DNA of 64,000 nt from an uncultured Candidatus Saccharibacteria bacterium (GCA_964459145.1 CAYWKC010000001.1:40200-104199), one strand, 5' to 3'; counted from the stretch's first letter, positions 39,934-49,818 are shown. Numbers and translations: made by a program. Notes: generated by a model not told the origin, from the sequence alone.

Positions 39934-41559
39934 TCAAATCAATAATCTTACCACCCTTATTTCATCAAAAGAATATTTATCACCTAAAATTCTTTTTACA
40001 GGGGTTAATTTGTCTCCCTTGATTTTCTGCCAAGCTTGTTTAATCTTTTCAAAATCTTTAATATCGTTTTTCAAATAATCTAGATTCACTTTATTAGTCC
40101 CCTGTTCCCCTACTAATTTTTCTAAGTGATTGATAATAGTTGCTATTGTCATTTTTCTCTCTCGAGCCATATCTTCAATTGTCATTTCTTGAACAACTAA
40201 TTGTTTGGTCAAATCATAAGTTGAGATTTTTTCTCCCACCGGCACATCTACCACAGCTTTATTTAAAAATTCTTTTTGTAAATTATTTTTTCTTTCTTTG
40301 GGAGTTATTTTTAATTGACGGGCTGTTTGTTCAGATTTTTTCTTCAATTCTTCATCAAAACTCAAAATATCTTTATTTATAGATAAGGCCATTTTGTTAA
40401 TTCCTTTCAAATATAAACCATCAAGAGACCTCACGCGAGACAATGCCACATAACCCATTCCAGCCACGAAAGACCTTGAAAGGTCAATTTCAGCCGCATC
40501 CAAGCTCATTCCTTGGCTCTTATGAACAGTAATCGCCCAAGCTAACCGAAGCGGGATTTGAGTGATTTTAGCCTTAATTACTCCGTCTTCTTCTATGTGC
40601 CATGATTCATAATTTACGATTATCTCTTTTCCCCCATAAGTTCTAATCACTGGCAAGTTTCCGTCAAAATCAACTACCACTCCTAAGGTCCCATTAACAT
40701 AACCAACTTCAAAATTATTTTTTACAAACATTACCACTGCATCTTTTTTTAATTGCAGTTCTTCCATTGCCAAACAACTTTTTTTCAAAGTTTCAGATAA
40801 CTTTTTTGTTCCGCTACATTGCATTTGGTAAATCTGAGGAAAGCCTTTAATTTTTTCTAATTGTTCAAAATTTAAGCGATCCACTTCCTTATTATGTGTG
40901 TAAAGTTTCGTTGGGACAATTTTCTCCTGTTTAATTTTTTGCCTTTTCCGTAAAAGCTCTTGAGTTTTTTTGCTGATTTCATTTTGCCGAATATCTTTCA
41001 AAATACTTAATAAGTCATCTTCTAAATCTTGTCGATATTGATCGCTTAAATAACAAATCTGTAAATCCATATTTTTCCAGATCTCAGCTTGATAAGCAAA
41101 ATCTACATTCATCCCCTTTTTATTAATTGGCGGAAGTTGAAAAAAATCTCCACATAAAACAATTTGTATTCCCCCAAAAGGTTCCGAGGATTGTTTGAAA
41201 GCTCGACAAATTTTATCTACAGTATCTAATTGCCAACCACTTAACATTGAAATTTCATCAATTACCAACACTTGAGTATATTTAAATTTTTTCTTGAGAT
41301 AATTTTTACTTGATAATTTTTCAATTTCAATATCAGACAAACTGTCCTTAATTCCTAAACCTGACCAAGAATGAATAGTAATTCCATTTAAGTGAGTCGC
41401 CGCAATTCCTGTAGAGGCAGTTATCCCCACTGGAACTTTTTTTGCTTTAAGAAAATCAATATATTGATTTAAAACATAGGTTTTCCCACTCCCCGCTGGA
41501 CCAGTCAAGAAAACATTTTTCCCCATCTTTAAAATTTCTAAAGTTTCTTGTTGTCGCAT
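39934..41559 (-). CDS. Pif1-family helicase with C-terminal HTH
   Basis: FLTGPAGSGKT, DEISM, GDFFQLPP, QIPLRLAWAITVHKSQG, YVALSR. Confidence 0.93.
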   Translation of the reverse strand: MRQQETLEILKMGKNVFLTGPAGSGKTYVLNQYIDFLKAKKVPVGITASTGIAATHLNGITIHSWSGLGIKDSLSDIEIEKLSSKNYLKKKFKYTQVLVIDEISMLSGWQLDTVDKICRAFKQSSEPFGGIQIVLCGDFFQLPPINKKGMNVDFAYQAEIWKNMDLQICYLSDQYRQDLEDDLLSILKDIRQNEISKKTQELLRKRQKIKQEKIVPTKLYTHNKEVDRLNFEQLEKIKGFPQIYQMQCSGTKKLSETLKKSCLAMEELQLKKDAVVMFVKNNFEVGYVNGTLGVVVDFDGNLPVIRTYGGKEIIVNYESWHIEEDGVIKAKITQIPLRLAWAITVHKSQGMSLDAAEIDLSRSFVAGMGYVALSRVRSLDGLYLKGINKMALSINKDILSFDEELKKKSEQTARQLKITPKERKNNLQKEFLNKAVVDVPVGEKISTYDLTKQLVVQEMTIEDMARERKMTIATIINHLEKLVGEQGTNKVNLDYLKNDIKDFEKIKQAWQKIKGDKLTPVKRILGDKYSFDEIRVVRLLI

Positions 41560-41560
41560 A

Positions 41561-43348
41561 TTACATTTCCTCAATGGTTTCTATCCCTAACAAGCCCAAA
41601 CCATTTTTGAGAACTTGAGCTACTCCTTCTGTAATGGCTAAACGAAACTCTTTCTCTCTATCTGAAGCATCCAAAACTGGGCAATGAGCATAAAATGAAT
41701 TAAACCTTTGAGCTAATTCAAATAGATAAACACATAATAAGTGAGGAGCTACTTCTACCCCTGCCCGATAAGTTACTTGGGGATAGTGAGCTAACCATTT
41801 TAACAAACTTTTCTCAAATCCCCCTCTACTTCCAACCTTGCTAACTTCGGGAGGTTGGATCTCCCGAAGTTGTGATTTTTTAAGAATAGTTTTAGCTCGC
41901 ACGTAGGCATAGAGAATATAAGGGCCAGAATAGCCTTCAAAATTAACAAATCTTTCTGGATCGTAATTTACATTCTTATTAAATTCATGAGACAAAATTA
42001 AAAATTTTAATCCAGCTAAAGACACCACTCGGGCTATCTTCTCCCTTTTACTTTCGTCATAATCTTTCAATTCAACAATTTTTGTCTTAGCAATTCTTAA
42101 CGACTCTTCCAAAATATCAGTCCCTTTTATATTCTTTCCACTACGTGAACTGGTTTTTTTCCCATCCATTAACAACCAACCAAAAGATAGATGAAAATAT
42201 TTATTTTTGAATTTATTATCTAATCTTTCTAAGATTTTGATAATTGCTCTGAAATAATTCTCTTGCTCTATTGCAGTTAAAGTTAGGTTCAAATATAAAT
42301 CTGGGTAATCTTCAAATTTTTGAAATCCTAAAGCAATGTCTTTAGCAGAATAAGTCGGGTTTTCTTCACTTGTTTGCATCACCCAAGTAGCCAAACCATC
42401 TTTTTCCCCATCATAAACAATGGCTCCTTGACTCTTTTTAAAGATTCCTTTTTCATCTTTATCTATAATTTTTTTAGCCTCTGCAAAAACCTGACTTTCT
42501 GAATATTGTTTATCATAAACTACTCCCAAATCTGAAAAAATAATTGTCTGATGTTCTAAACTCCATTCTTTAATTTTTTCATACAAATCAGTTGCTTCAT
42601 TTTTTACTCCATCATAAATATCCTGATTTATCTGTTTGATAGCTTTTTCATTGGTGTCAAAATTATCAGAAGCATAAACATAGGCATCAGCAATAAAATC
42701 CATCTTTTTGTGTTTGTTCCAAGATTTAAAATTGTCTGGCAACCCTTTTTGCATTACTCCCCATGTGCATTTAGCAGTGTGCATTCCAATATCACCATAA
42801 TAATTAGTTTTTATCACCTTATAACCTAAGTTTTCAATTAATTTACAGACAGCTAATCCTGAAATTGCTCCTTTAATATGTCCTACCGTAAAAGCTTTAT
42901 GGGTATTAGGTTGACCAAACTCTACCATTATTTTTTTGTTGTTCTCCTTAAATCTTCCATAATTTTCCTTTTCAGCTAAAATATTTTTTAATTCACTCTC
43001 AAAATAATTCTGTTTAATTGTAAAATTAATAAATCCTGGAGTCGCTATTTCCACTTTTTCTAATAAATCAGGGAGGTCTATTTTTTCAACTATTTCTCGA
43101 GCTATCTTTAAAGGATTTTTTTTCAAAACTCCCGCCAAAGCCATGGCTACATTAGTAGCATAATCCCCGTGAGATTCTTCAGTGGAATTTTCCACCGTAA
43201 AATCAACCTCTTTTTCAGTTTTCTGCCTTGAGAAATATTCCTTTATTGATTCAGAGATCTTTGTCTCAAGAATCTCTTTGGCTGAAAAATTTGCCTTATC
43301 AAGAAAATTTCCAATAATATTATTTTTTAAAATTTCTGAGAGTTCCAT
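41561..43348 (-). CDS. argS: Arginine--tRNA ligase (palindrome-derived insertion)
   Basis: HGDYATN, PGFINF, EFGQPNTHKAFTVGH, GPYILYAYVR, LLGIETIEEM. Confidence 0.95.
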   Translation of the reverse strand: MELSEILKNNIIGNFLDKANFSAKEILETKISESIKEYFSRQKTEKEVDFTVENSTEESHGDYATNVAMALAGVLKKNPLKIAREIVEKIDLPDLLEKVEIATPGFINFTIKQNYFESELKNILAEKENYGRFKENNKKIMVEFGQPNTHKAFTVGHIKGAISGLAVCKLIENLGYKVIKTNYYGDIGMHTAKCTWGVMQKGLPDNFKSWNKHKKMDFIADAYVYASDNFDTNEKAIKQINQDIYDGVKNEATDLYEKIKEWSLEHQTIIFSDLGVVYDKQYSESQVFAEAKKIIDKDEKGIFKKSQGAIVYDGEKDGLATWVMQTSEENPTYSAKDIALGFQKFEDYPDLYLNLTLTAIEQENYFRAIIKILERLDNKFKNKYFHLSFGWLLMDGKKTSSRSGKNIKGTDILEESLRIAKTKIVELKDYDESKREKIARVVSLAGLKFLILSHEFNKNVNYDPERFVNFEGYSGPYILYAYVRAKTILKKSQLREIQPPEVSKVGSRGGFEKSLLKWLAHYPQVTYRAGVEVAPHLLCVYLFELAQRFNSFYAHCPVLDASDREKEFRLAITEGVAQVLKNGLGLLGIETIEEM

Positions 43349-43407
43349 TAAATTAATAATAACATATTATTAGTGTATAAAAAATTTTAAACCTAATTAT
43401 CATTAAT

Positions 43408-43899
43408 TTATTCAAACAAAATAGGTATTTCTAGAGCATTATCGTTTTCTGGTAAATCTGAGGGATTATCTTTTTTAAGAATTAAAAAACCTTTCTCTCC
43501 ATAATCTGGCTTATCAAATTGTAATTCACCTTCAAACTGAACAAGGTCTTCTGTCATCCAATCACTCTGAGCCATTGCATATCCCTCAGCAATAATTAAA
43601 CCATCCCAATTAGTTAAAATTACAGGAAAATCACCTTCAAAATACCAAGTTCCTCTTGCTTGTCCTTTTAACAACAATGGGCTAGAAATTTTATCATTAG
43701 GTTGAATTGAATCTAATTTAATTAAATCTTTTAAATTTTTTTCCTCTTCACAAAGTTGTTCTGGTTTTTCAGCAGAGGGGCTCCCATGTTTAACCCATTC
43801 CCCTTTTTGACAAATCCAAATATCTTCATCTCCTCTAAGAATTAAAAGCAAAAAAACAATCCCCATTAAAACTAAAATTATTATGCCTATTTTCTTCAT
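43408..43899 (-). CDS. Gmad2 immunoglobulin-like domain protein
   Basis: ISSPL..GQARGTWYFEGDFPV, WMTED.V.F, LKKDNPS. Confidence 0.8.
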   Translation of the reverse strand: MKKIGIIILVLMGIVFLLLILRGDEDIWICQKGEWVKHGSPSAEKPEQLCEEEKNLKDLIKLDSIQPNDKISSPLLLKGQARGTWYFEGDFPVILTNWDGLIIAEGYAMAQSDWMTEDLVQFEGELQFDKPDYGEKGFLILKKDNPSDLPENDNALEIPILFE

Positions 43900-43906
43900 A
43901 AATTCT

Positions 43907-44254
43907 TTATTCTTTAATTAATGGTAGCTTATTCTTTTTCCATTCTAGAAGACCTCCTTGCATATCTTTAACATTTTTAAAACCCAAAGTTTTTAAAACA
44001 TTGAAAATAATTTGGCTTCGAACTCCATTCCGACAATAAGCAATGATAGAATTCTTTTTTTTGTCAATCAAACCAATTTTTTTTAAATCCTTTAAAAAAT
44101 CTTCTGAAAGATTTAACAAAATAGCATTTTTTATGTGTCCTGCTTTATATTCCATCAAAGTTCGCACATCTAATAAAGTAAAATCACTTCCTTTTTGAGT
44201 TTTTTTATATAAATCATTAACCGAAATAATATCCCGATTTTCCTTTGTTTTCAT
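43907..44254 (-). CDS. Rhodanese-like domain protein
   Basis: LLDVRT..EY.AGHI, YCRNGVRS, MQGGLLEW. Confidence 0.92.
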   Translation of the reverse strand: MKTKENRDIISVNDLYKKTQKGSDFTLLDVRTLMEYKAGHIKNAILLNLSEDFLKDLKKIGLIDKKKNSIIAYCRNGVRSQIIFNVLKTLGFKNVKDMQGGLLEWKKNKLPLIKE

Positions 44255-44370
44255 GAATTTATTATACCATAGATTTTCTTTTTTGTTTCCGCCTATTCGA
44301 CGAGTTGTTGGAGAGGTAATTTCCGTTTTAATTTCACCAAATATAGAATTAGTGGTATAATCATATTAAT

Positions 44371-45303
44371 ATGAAATCATTTTTTACAAAAATAGAAGGT
44401 GTTTATATAACAATCTTATCAGTTTTTGTTATTTCCGCTGGCACTTTTAGTTATTTGGTTTGGTCAGGAAATAATCATTTAAAATCTATAGATGAAAAAT
44501 TTTCTTTAATTAATTCAAATTTAGAACTTTTGGAAAGAAAACTGGCTTCTACCACAGCAGAATTACAAGGAGATATTGTCCAAACTTATACAAATTTATC
44601 TCAAGCCTTAAGCAATGAAAAAGAAAACGTTGGAAAAATAGAAAATTTGTTGGGTACTTATAAAGAGGAGGTTGGAAATATAACTGGTACAGTAACGAAT
44701 CTTGAAAAATTAAGTAAAACCGATCCAGAATTATTACAAAAATATTCCAAAGTTTTCTTTTTAAATGAACATTATGCCCCAGCTCGTCTGTCAGAAATAC
44801 CAAATAACTACGAATACTTTGAAGCCAAATATTCTAAAATAGATTCACAAGTCTGGCCTTATTTAGAAAAGATGTTAAAAGCTTCTCTTAATGCTGATTT
44901 AGAAATTTATGTCTATTCGGCTTATCGCTCTTTTAATGAGCAAACTGCTCTCAAAAATCAATATGCTATTATCTACGGAGATGGCACTGCTAATCAATTT
45001 TCAGCCGACCAAGGTTATTCTGAACACCAATTAGGCACAGCCGTTGATTTAATCACGACTGGAATTGGAGGAACGCTGGAAGGATTTGAACAAACAATAG
45101 CTTATCAGTGGTTGCTTAATAATGCTTACAAATACGGTTTTATAATGTCCTATCCCGACGATAATAGTTATTATGTTTTTGAACCATGGCATTGGCGTTT
45201 TGTCGGTGTTAAATTGGCAACGGACTTGCACACCAGTGGAAAAAATTTTTACGATTTAGACCAACGAGAAATTGACGAATATTTAGTTAATTTATTTGAA
45301 TAG
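44371..45303 (+). CDS. M15B (VanY-like) D,D-carboxypeptidase with coiled-coil stalk
   Basis: SAYRS, GYSEHQLGTAVD, YGF, EPWHWRF. Confidence 0.9.
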   Translation: MKSFFTKIEGVYITILSVFVISAGTFSYLVWSGNNHLKSIDEKFSLINSNLELLERKLASTTAELQGDIVQTYTNLSQALSNEKENVGKIENLLGTYKEEVGNITGTVTNLEKLSKTDPELLQKYSKVFFLNEHYAPARLSEIPNNYEYFEAKYSKIDSQVWPYLEKMLKASLNADLEIYVYSAYRSFNEQTALKNQYAIIYGDGTANQFSADQGYSEHQLGTAVDLITTGIGGTLEGFEQTIAYQWLLNNAYKYGFIMSYPDDNSYYVFEPWHWRFVGVKLATDLHTSGKNFYDLDQREIDEYLVNLFE

Positions 45304-45543
45304 TTTAAAATCTGCCTATTAAGAAACAAATTTAAAACAACAACCAACTCGGTAACGAGTTAGTTGTTGTTTTGGTCGAGAAAAAGATTGCTCCTTTTTA
45401 GGCTTTTTAGAGCCATTTGTTAAAAAACACTTTAAAATCACCCCTACTTCTTGGTCATTAAACCAAAAAAACCATTTTTCGTAAAAAAAGCGAAAAAACA
45501 ATTTCCACTTTTTTATTAAAATTTTTCTCTCAGTATTTTATAA

Positions 45544-46146
45544 CTAAACTAATTTCTCCGAAATAAAATTTAAATAATTTTTTGTGTTTGGTCTGAATTC
45601 TTTAAAATATATAATCCTAAACTTATATTGCCTAAGTAGATCTTCTACTTCATTCTTCGTGTAAAAGCTAAACCAACGTGGTTCACCCACTTTCTTAGTC
45701 TCACGATACTCTTCATTTATCCCTTCAATAAGTCCTAATCCAAAAATACCATCGGGCTTTAACACCCGCTTAATTTCCTGCATTGGTTTACTAATCTCAT
45801 TTTTGGGAACGTGGAGCAAGGAAGTATATGCCCATATTCCATCAAAAAAATTATCTTCAAAAGGAAGTTGGTTAAAATCAGCTTTAATAGAGGTTAATCC
45901 TTTTGATTGTGACAGTTTAATCATTGCTTCTGAAGCATCTAAACAAACAACTTGCATTCCCGCTTGTTGCAAAATAAGTCCATCTCTTCCTGGGCCACTT
46001 CCAATGTCTAAGATTTTTTTCTCGTTCTTGATTGATCCAATAAATTTTTTTAAAAAAGTTTGTGGGAATTTACTCCAAAAATCAAAAGTTTCTTCATCAT
46101 ATTTTTGAGCAAAATTATTGTAGGCATCAATAGTTTTTTTATTCAT
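45544..46146 (-). CDS. Class I SAM-dependent methyltransferase
   Basis: ILDIGSGPGRD, FDGIWAYTSLLH, RVLKPDG. Confidence 0.9.
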   Translation of the reverse strand: MNKKTIDAYNNFAQKYDEETFDFWSKFPQTFLKKFIGSIKNEKKILDIGSGPGRDGLILQQAGMQVVCLDASEAMIKLSQSKGLTSIKADFNQLPFEDNFFDGIWAYTSLLHVPKNEISKPMQEIKRVLKPDGIFGLGLIEGINEEYRETKKVGEPRWFSFYTKNEVEDLLRQYKFRIIYFKEFRPNTKNYLNFISEKLV

Positions 46147-46163
46147 ATTTTATTCAAGAAACA

Positions 46164-46364
46164 CAATTTTGTTGCCAGACTAGGATTCGTCCTGACGGTC
46201 TCTAAATAAAATTCTTCGCTAACCACTTGAATTTTATTAAGAGCCACGGGACACGGCTCGTTGTTGCTCCCCACGGTCGCAACATACTCCGTTGTTCGAA
46301 TCCTATCCAAAATGTGCGTAGGCACATTTCTTCTGGCAATAAAATTTCGTCGCTCTCAATTTTG
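46164..46364 (-). repeat. tRNA-Gln-linked module
   Basis: 26-bp direct repeat 46164-46189 = 46357-46382; inverted pieces at 46294-46305 and 46332-46347. Confidence 0.8.
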
Positions 46365-46435
46365 TTGCCAGACTAGGATTCGAACCTAGATAACCAGCTC
46401 CAAAAGCTGATGTCCTACCATTAGACGATCTGGCA
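46365..46435 (-). tRNA. tRNA-Gln(TTG)
   Basis: U1-A72 acceptor tgccaga/tctggca, tcagc-ttTTGga-gctgg, GGTTCGAATCC. Confidence 0.93.
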
Positions 46436-46446
46436 ATATTTCTTTA

Positions 46447-47496
46447 TTATTTTACATTTTTTGCTAAGTTTATCAATAATAATTCTAGCGGAAGTTGAGG
46501 AATATAGGAGAGCTTTATTTGAGCAAATACATCAATTAACTCATCTATTAGCCCTGCATTTATACCTGAATCGGCCTTTTTGCTCAATTTTTGTAAGAAT
46601 TTGAAATCAACTTCAGAAAATTCTTCTTTAAACATTTTTTCTGCCTCTTGAGAAAATCTTAGTAACAAAATAGCTCTAATTTTATGTAAAATTAATTTTA
46701 CAAAAATTTGCATATCAATATTATTTTCTAAGGCAATTTTTATCTTTTCTAATCCTATTCCTATATTTTTTTCTGCAAGAGCCAAAATAAACTGATTAAC
46801 CAGTTCCCCACTCGGAGCTCCAGTGATTCTTTCTACTTCCTTCAAAGAGATTTTTTTATCAGCCGAAGCACTAATAACTTTTTGCAAAATTCCCAAAGTA
46901 TCACGAAAAGAACCGTCTCCTAACAAAGCAATTAATTCCTCTGTCCCTTTTTCTAATTTGATTTTTTCTTTTTTAGCAATATCTAAAATAATTTCTGTCA
47001 AAATTTGTTGTGACGGTTTTTTAAACACAAATGTCTGGCAACGAGAAACTATGGTGTCAGGAATTTTTTCTACTTCCGTTGTAGCTAACACAAAGACTAC
47101 ATGTTGGGGTGGTTCTTCTAACGTTTTCAAAAGAGCATTAAAAGCATCTTTGGTTAACATATGGACCTCATCAATAATATAAACTTTATAAGGAGATTCA
47201 AAAGGTAAAACATTCACTGCTTCCCGCAATTCTCTAATAGCATCAATTCCCCGATTAGAAGCAGCGTCTATTTCATTCAAATCATTAACAGAACATTTTA
47301 TCTCTTGCGCTAAAATTCTCGCCACAGTAGTTTTTCCCGTTCCTCTTGTTCCTGAAAATAAATAGGCATGGGAAATATTTCCTAATTTGATAGCTTTTTT
47401 AAGAGTGGCTGTAATATGATTTTGTCCCAAAACTTCGTTGAAACTTTGAGGCCGATATTTACGATAAAGTACTAAATTGTCATTCATTAAAATCAT
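46447..47496 (-). CDS. dnaX: DNA polymerase III subunit gamma/tau (short form)
   Basis: LYRKYRP, GTRGTGKTT, EIDAASN, IIDEVHML, NALLKTLEEPP, SRC. Confidence 0.96.
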   Translation of the reverse strand: MILMNDNLVLYRKYRPQSFNEVLGQNHITATLKKAIKLGNISHAYLFSGTRGTGKTTVARILAQEIKCSVNDLNEIDAASNRGIDAIRELREAVNVLPFESPYKVYIIDEVHMLTKDAFNALLKTLEEPPQHVVFVLATTEVEKIPDTIVSRCQTFVFKKPSQQILTEIILDIAKKEKIKLEKGTEELIALLGDGSFRDTLGILQKVISASADKKISLKEVERITGAPSGELVNQFILALAEKNIGIGLEKIKIALENNIDMQIFVKLILHKIRAILLLRFSQEAEKMFKEEFSEVDFKFLQKLSKKADSGINAGLIDELIDVFAQIKLSYIPQLPLELLLINLAKNVK

Positions 47497-47534
47497 TATA
47501 ACAAAATTAACCCAACTGAGACAATAGATCTATA

Positions 47535-47675
47535 ATTTTCAATTCCCAATTTACAATTTTCAATGAATTTCCAATGATTGAATTTTAAATAAAGACGAAT
47601 TTTGGCAAAACCAAAATTCGTCTTTGAAAATTGAAAATTTTTACATTGTTTGAAAATTGAAAATTAGAAATTAAA
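47535..47675. repeat. Heptamer-arm hairpin (TTTTCAA/TTGAAAA units around a perfect palindrome)
   Basis: Degenerate 7-mer arms flank aaagacgaattttgg-caaaa-ccaaaattcgtcttt. Confidence 0.6.
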
Positions 47676-47682
47676 GATTCTC

Positions 47683-48375
47683 TTAACCCCATTGTTTGGC
47701 TTTGAGAGCTTCCTCGGCCGCTGATTGTTCTGCTTCTTGTTTAGAAACCCCTTCTCCCTCTGCCACTAATTTATTGTTTAAAAATACTCCCACTCTAAAT
47801 CTTTTATCATGGTCAGGTCCAGTCTCTTCTAAAACTTGATAATTGGGTGTTATTTTCACAATTTCTTGAGCTTTTTCTTGAAAATTACTTTTGGCATCTT
47901 GCCACAAATTATTTTTAACCACTTCATTTATCTTTCCAAAAAAGTTATCAGCAATAAATTTTTGAACAATGACATAACCTTGGTCTAAATAAATTGCCCC
48001 AATAATCGCTTCTACTGCATTGGCCATAATAAAAGTCCGTGCTCTGCCTGTATCTTTAGCTTCACCCTTTGATAATTGTAAAAAATTATTTATTTCTAAT
48101 TTCTCTGCTACTTGAGATAAAGAAGTAGTATTGACTAAAGCTGACCGGTAAGCTGTTAAAGCTCCTTCATTCTCTTGTGAAAATTTTTCATAGAGATAAT
48201 GAGTAGTCACCAACTCCAAAACAGCATCACCTAAATACTCTAATCTTTCGTTATGTTCAGAAACTTCATTTTGATGTTCATTAACATAAGAACGATGAGT
48301 TAGAGCTGTTTTTAGTAATTCTTTATTCTTAAATTTTAATCCAATTTTTTCTTCAAATTTTGTAAAATCAATCAT
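47683..48375 (-). CDS. rnc: Ribonuclease III
   Basis: ALTHRS, NERLEYLGDAVL, dsRBD GPDH...SKQEAEQ. Confidence 0.97.
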   Translation of the reverse strand: MIDFTKFEEKIGLKFKNKELLKTALTHRSYVNEHQNEVSEHNERLEYLGDAVLELVTTHYLYEKFSQENEGALTAYRSALVNTTSLSQVAEKLEINNFLQLSKGEAKDTGRARTFIMANAVEAIIGAIYLDQGYVIVQKFIADNFFGKINEVVKNNLWQDAKSNFQEKAQEIVKITPNYQVLEETGPDHDKRFRVGVFLNNKLVAEGEGVSKQEAEQSAAEEALKAKQWG

Positions 48376-48517
48376 ATTTTTCTTATAAACGAAGCGAATT
48401 AGAAAAATATGACCCTACTAAACCAAATTTTGTAGAAATTTGAGTCATTTGATTTTTTGTTAAAAAATCAAATGATATTTAGTATGGGTGATTTTAATAA
48501 TTCCACACTATTAATAA

Positions 48518-49471
48518 TTATTTTCTTTGGACTTGAGACTTTATTAGCTCAACTCCTTTGTTAATTATTGGTCTTAAATCTTCATAAGTTCCAATTTCAT
48601 CAATTTTAGATAATTCAAACCACCTGACATCATCCAGAGTTCCTCGCTCTCCCCCATTCTCTTCTAACTCAAGAATATTAAAATCAGCTTTAGCCAAAAA
48701 ATAAGTAACTTTCCTTCTTGTGCGTGAACCACCTTCTTGGGTGCTATCTTCTTCATAAAGAGTGGCCACATATTCATTACTATTTACTTTGCCTTCTACC
48801 ACTACATCTAAACCTGTTCCTTCTTTGGCTTCTCTTCTTACACATTCTTCAAGAGTTTCGCCTTTTTCTTTTGTCCCCTTAACCAATGTCCAAAAACCAA
48901 AAACATTATGAACAAAAACTAAAAGAGTTTTTCCTTCCTTTTCTGTATAAATAATTGCCCCCCCTAATTCTTGAAGGGGCAAATTTTTTATATCCTCATC
49001 ATCTTTAAAATCTTTTTTAGGTTTATCCTTGGTTGTTTCATATTTTCTTGGTTCACCTAATTCTTTATAAATAGTTCCTAAAACACCACTTACAAATTTT
49101 CCACTATTTTCTCCTCCAAAGGCTTTGGCCAATTCTATGGCCTCATTGATAGCTACTTTAGGCGGAACTTCTTGTTTATCAGAAAACAATAATTCGTAAA
49201 TTCCAATACGTAAAATATTTCTATCTACAATAGAAATCTTATCTATCGGCCATTGTGGAGCAGCTTGTTGAATAATATTATCAAGATTTTCTTTTTCTTT
49301 TAGAATTCCTGTGATTAAAGATTTAGCAAAAAGATTTTCCTCTGAAATAATAGCAAATTCCTTTAGATTATAATCTAAAATATCAAATATGTTTGTTTTC
49401 TCTTCCTCCTTGAAATCCCATTCAAAAAGAGTTTGTAAAACTATTGATCTTGAAAGGTGCCTATTCAACAT
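48518..49471 (-). CDS. nusB: NusB fused to C-terminal Nudix-like domain
   Basis: RHLSR, DRNILR, PPKVAINEAIELAK.FG, FVSGVLG; Nudix-like G.....E.......REAKEGTG. Confidence 0.9.
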   Translation of the reverse strand: MLNRHLSRSIVLQTLFEWDFKEEEKTNIFDILDYNLKEFAIISEENLFAKSLITGILKEKENLDNIIQQAAPQWPIDKISIVDRNILRIGIYELLFSDKQEVPPKVAINEAIELAKAFGGENSGKFVSGVLGTIYKELGEPRKYETTKDKPKKDFKDDEDIKNLPLQELGGAIIYTEKEGKTLLVFVHNVFGFWTLVKGTKEKGETLEECVRREAKEGTGLDVVVEGKVNSNEYVATLYEEDSTQEGGSRTRRKVTYFLAKADFNILELEENGGERGTLDDVRWFELSKIDEIGTYEDLRPIINKGVELIKSQVQRK

Positions 49472-49518
49472 AAACCTAAATTGTTGAAGGTTGTCAAACC
49501 CGATAAATTTTTAAAAAA

Positions 49519-49818
49519 CTATTTTGTTTTCTTAGATAACTTTTTAGCATCTAAGACCTTTTCTTTTTCTTCTGATTTTGTGCTGGAATCTTTACCCAAT
49601 TCTTTCATCTTCGCTTTTTTTCTCTCAGTTTTCTTTTCTATTTGTGTTTGAACATCAATTACCTGCCTACTCCTATATTCACCACAAACTCCACAAACAC
49701 GATGACGCAAATGAAAGGAACCACACTTTGAACATTTAGAAAGTCGTGGTTCTGTTAAGCTATGATGTGATCGCCTATTTTTAGTATGACCACTAGTGTG
49801 CCGCATTCTGACTGACAT
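49519..49818 (-). CDS. rpmF: 50S ribosomal protein L32 with Lys-rich C-terminal extension
   Basis: RRSHH, CSKCG...HRVCGVCGEY. Confidence 0.93.
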   Translation of the reverse strand: MSVRMRHTSGHTKNRRSHHSLTEPRLSKCSKCGSFHLRHRVCGVCGEYRSRQVIDVQTQIEKKTERKKAKMKELGKDSSTKSEEKEKVLDAKKLSKKTK

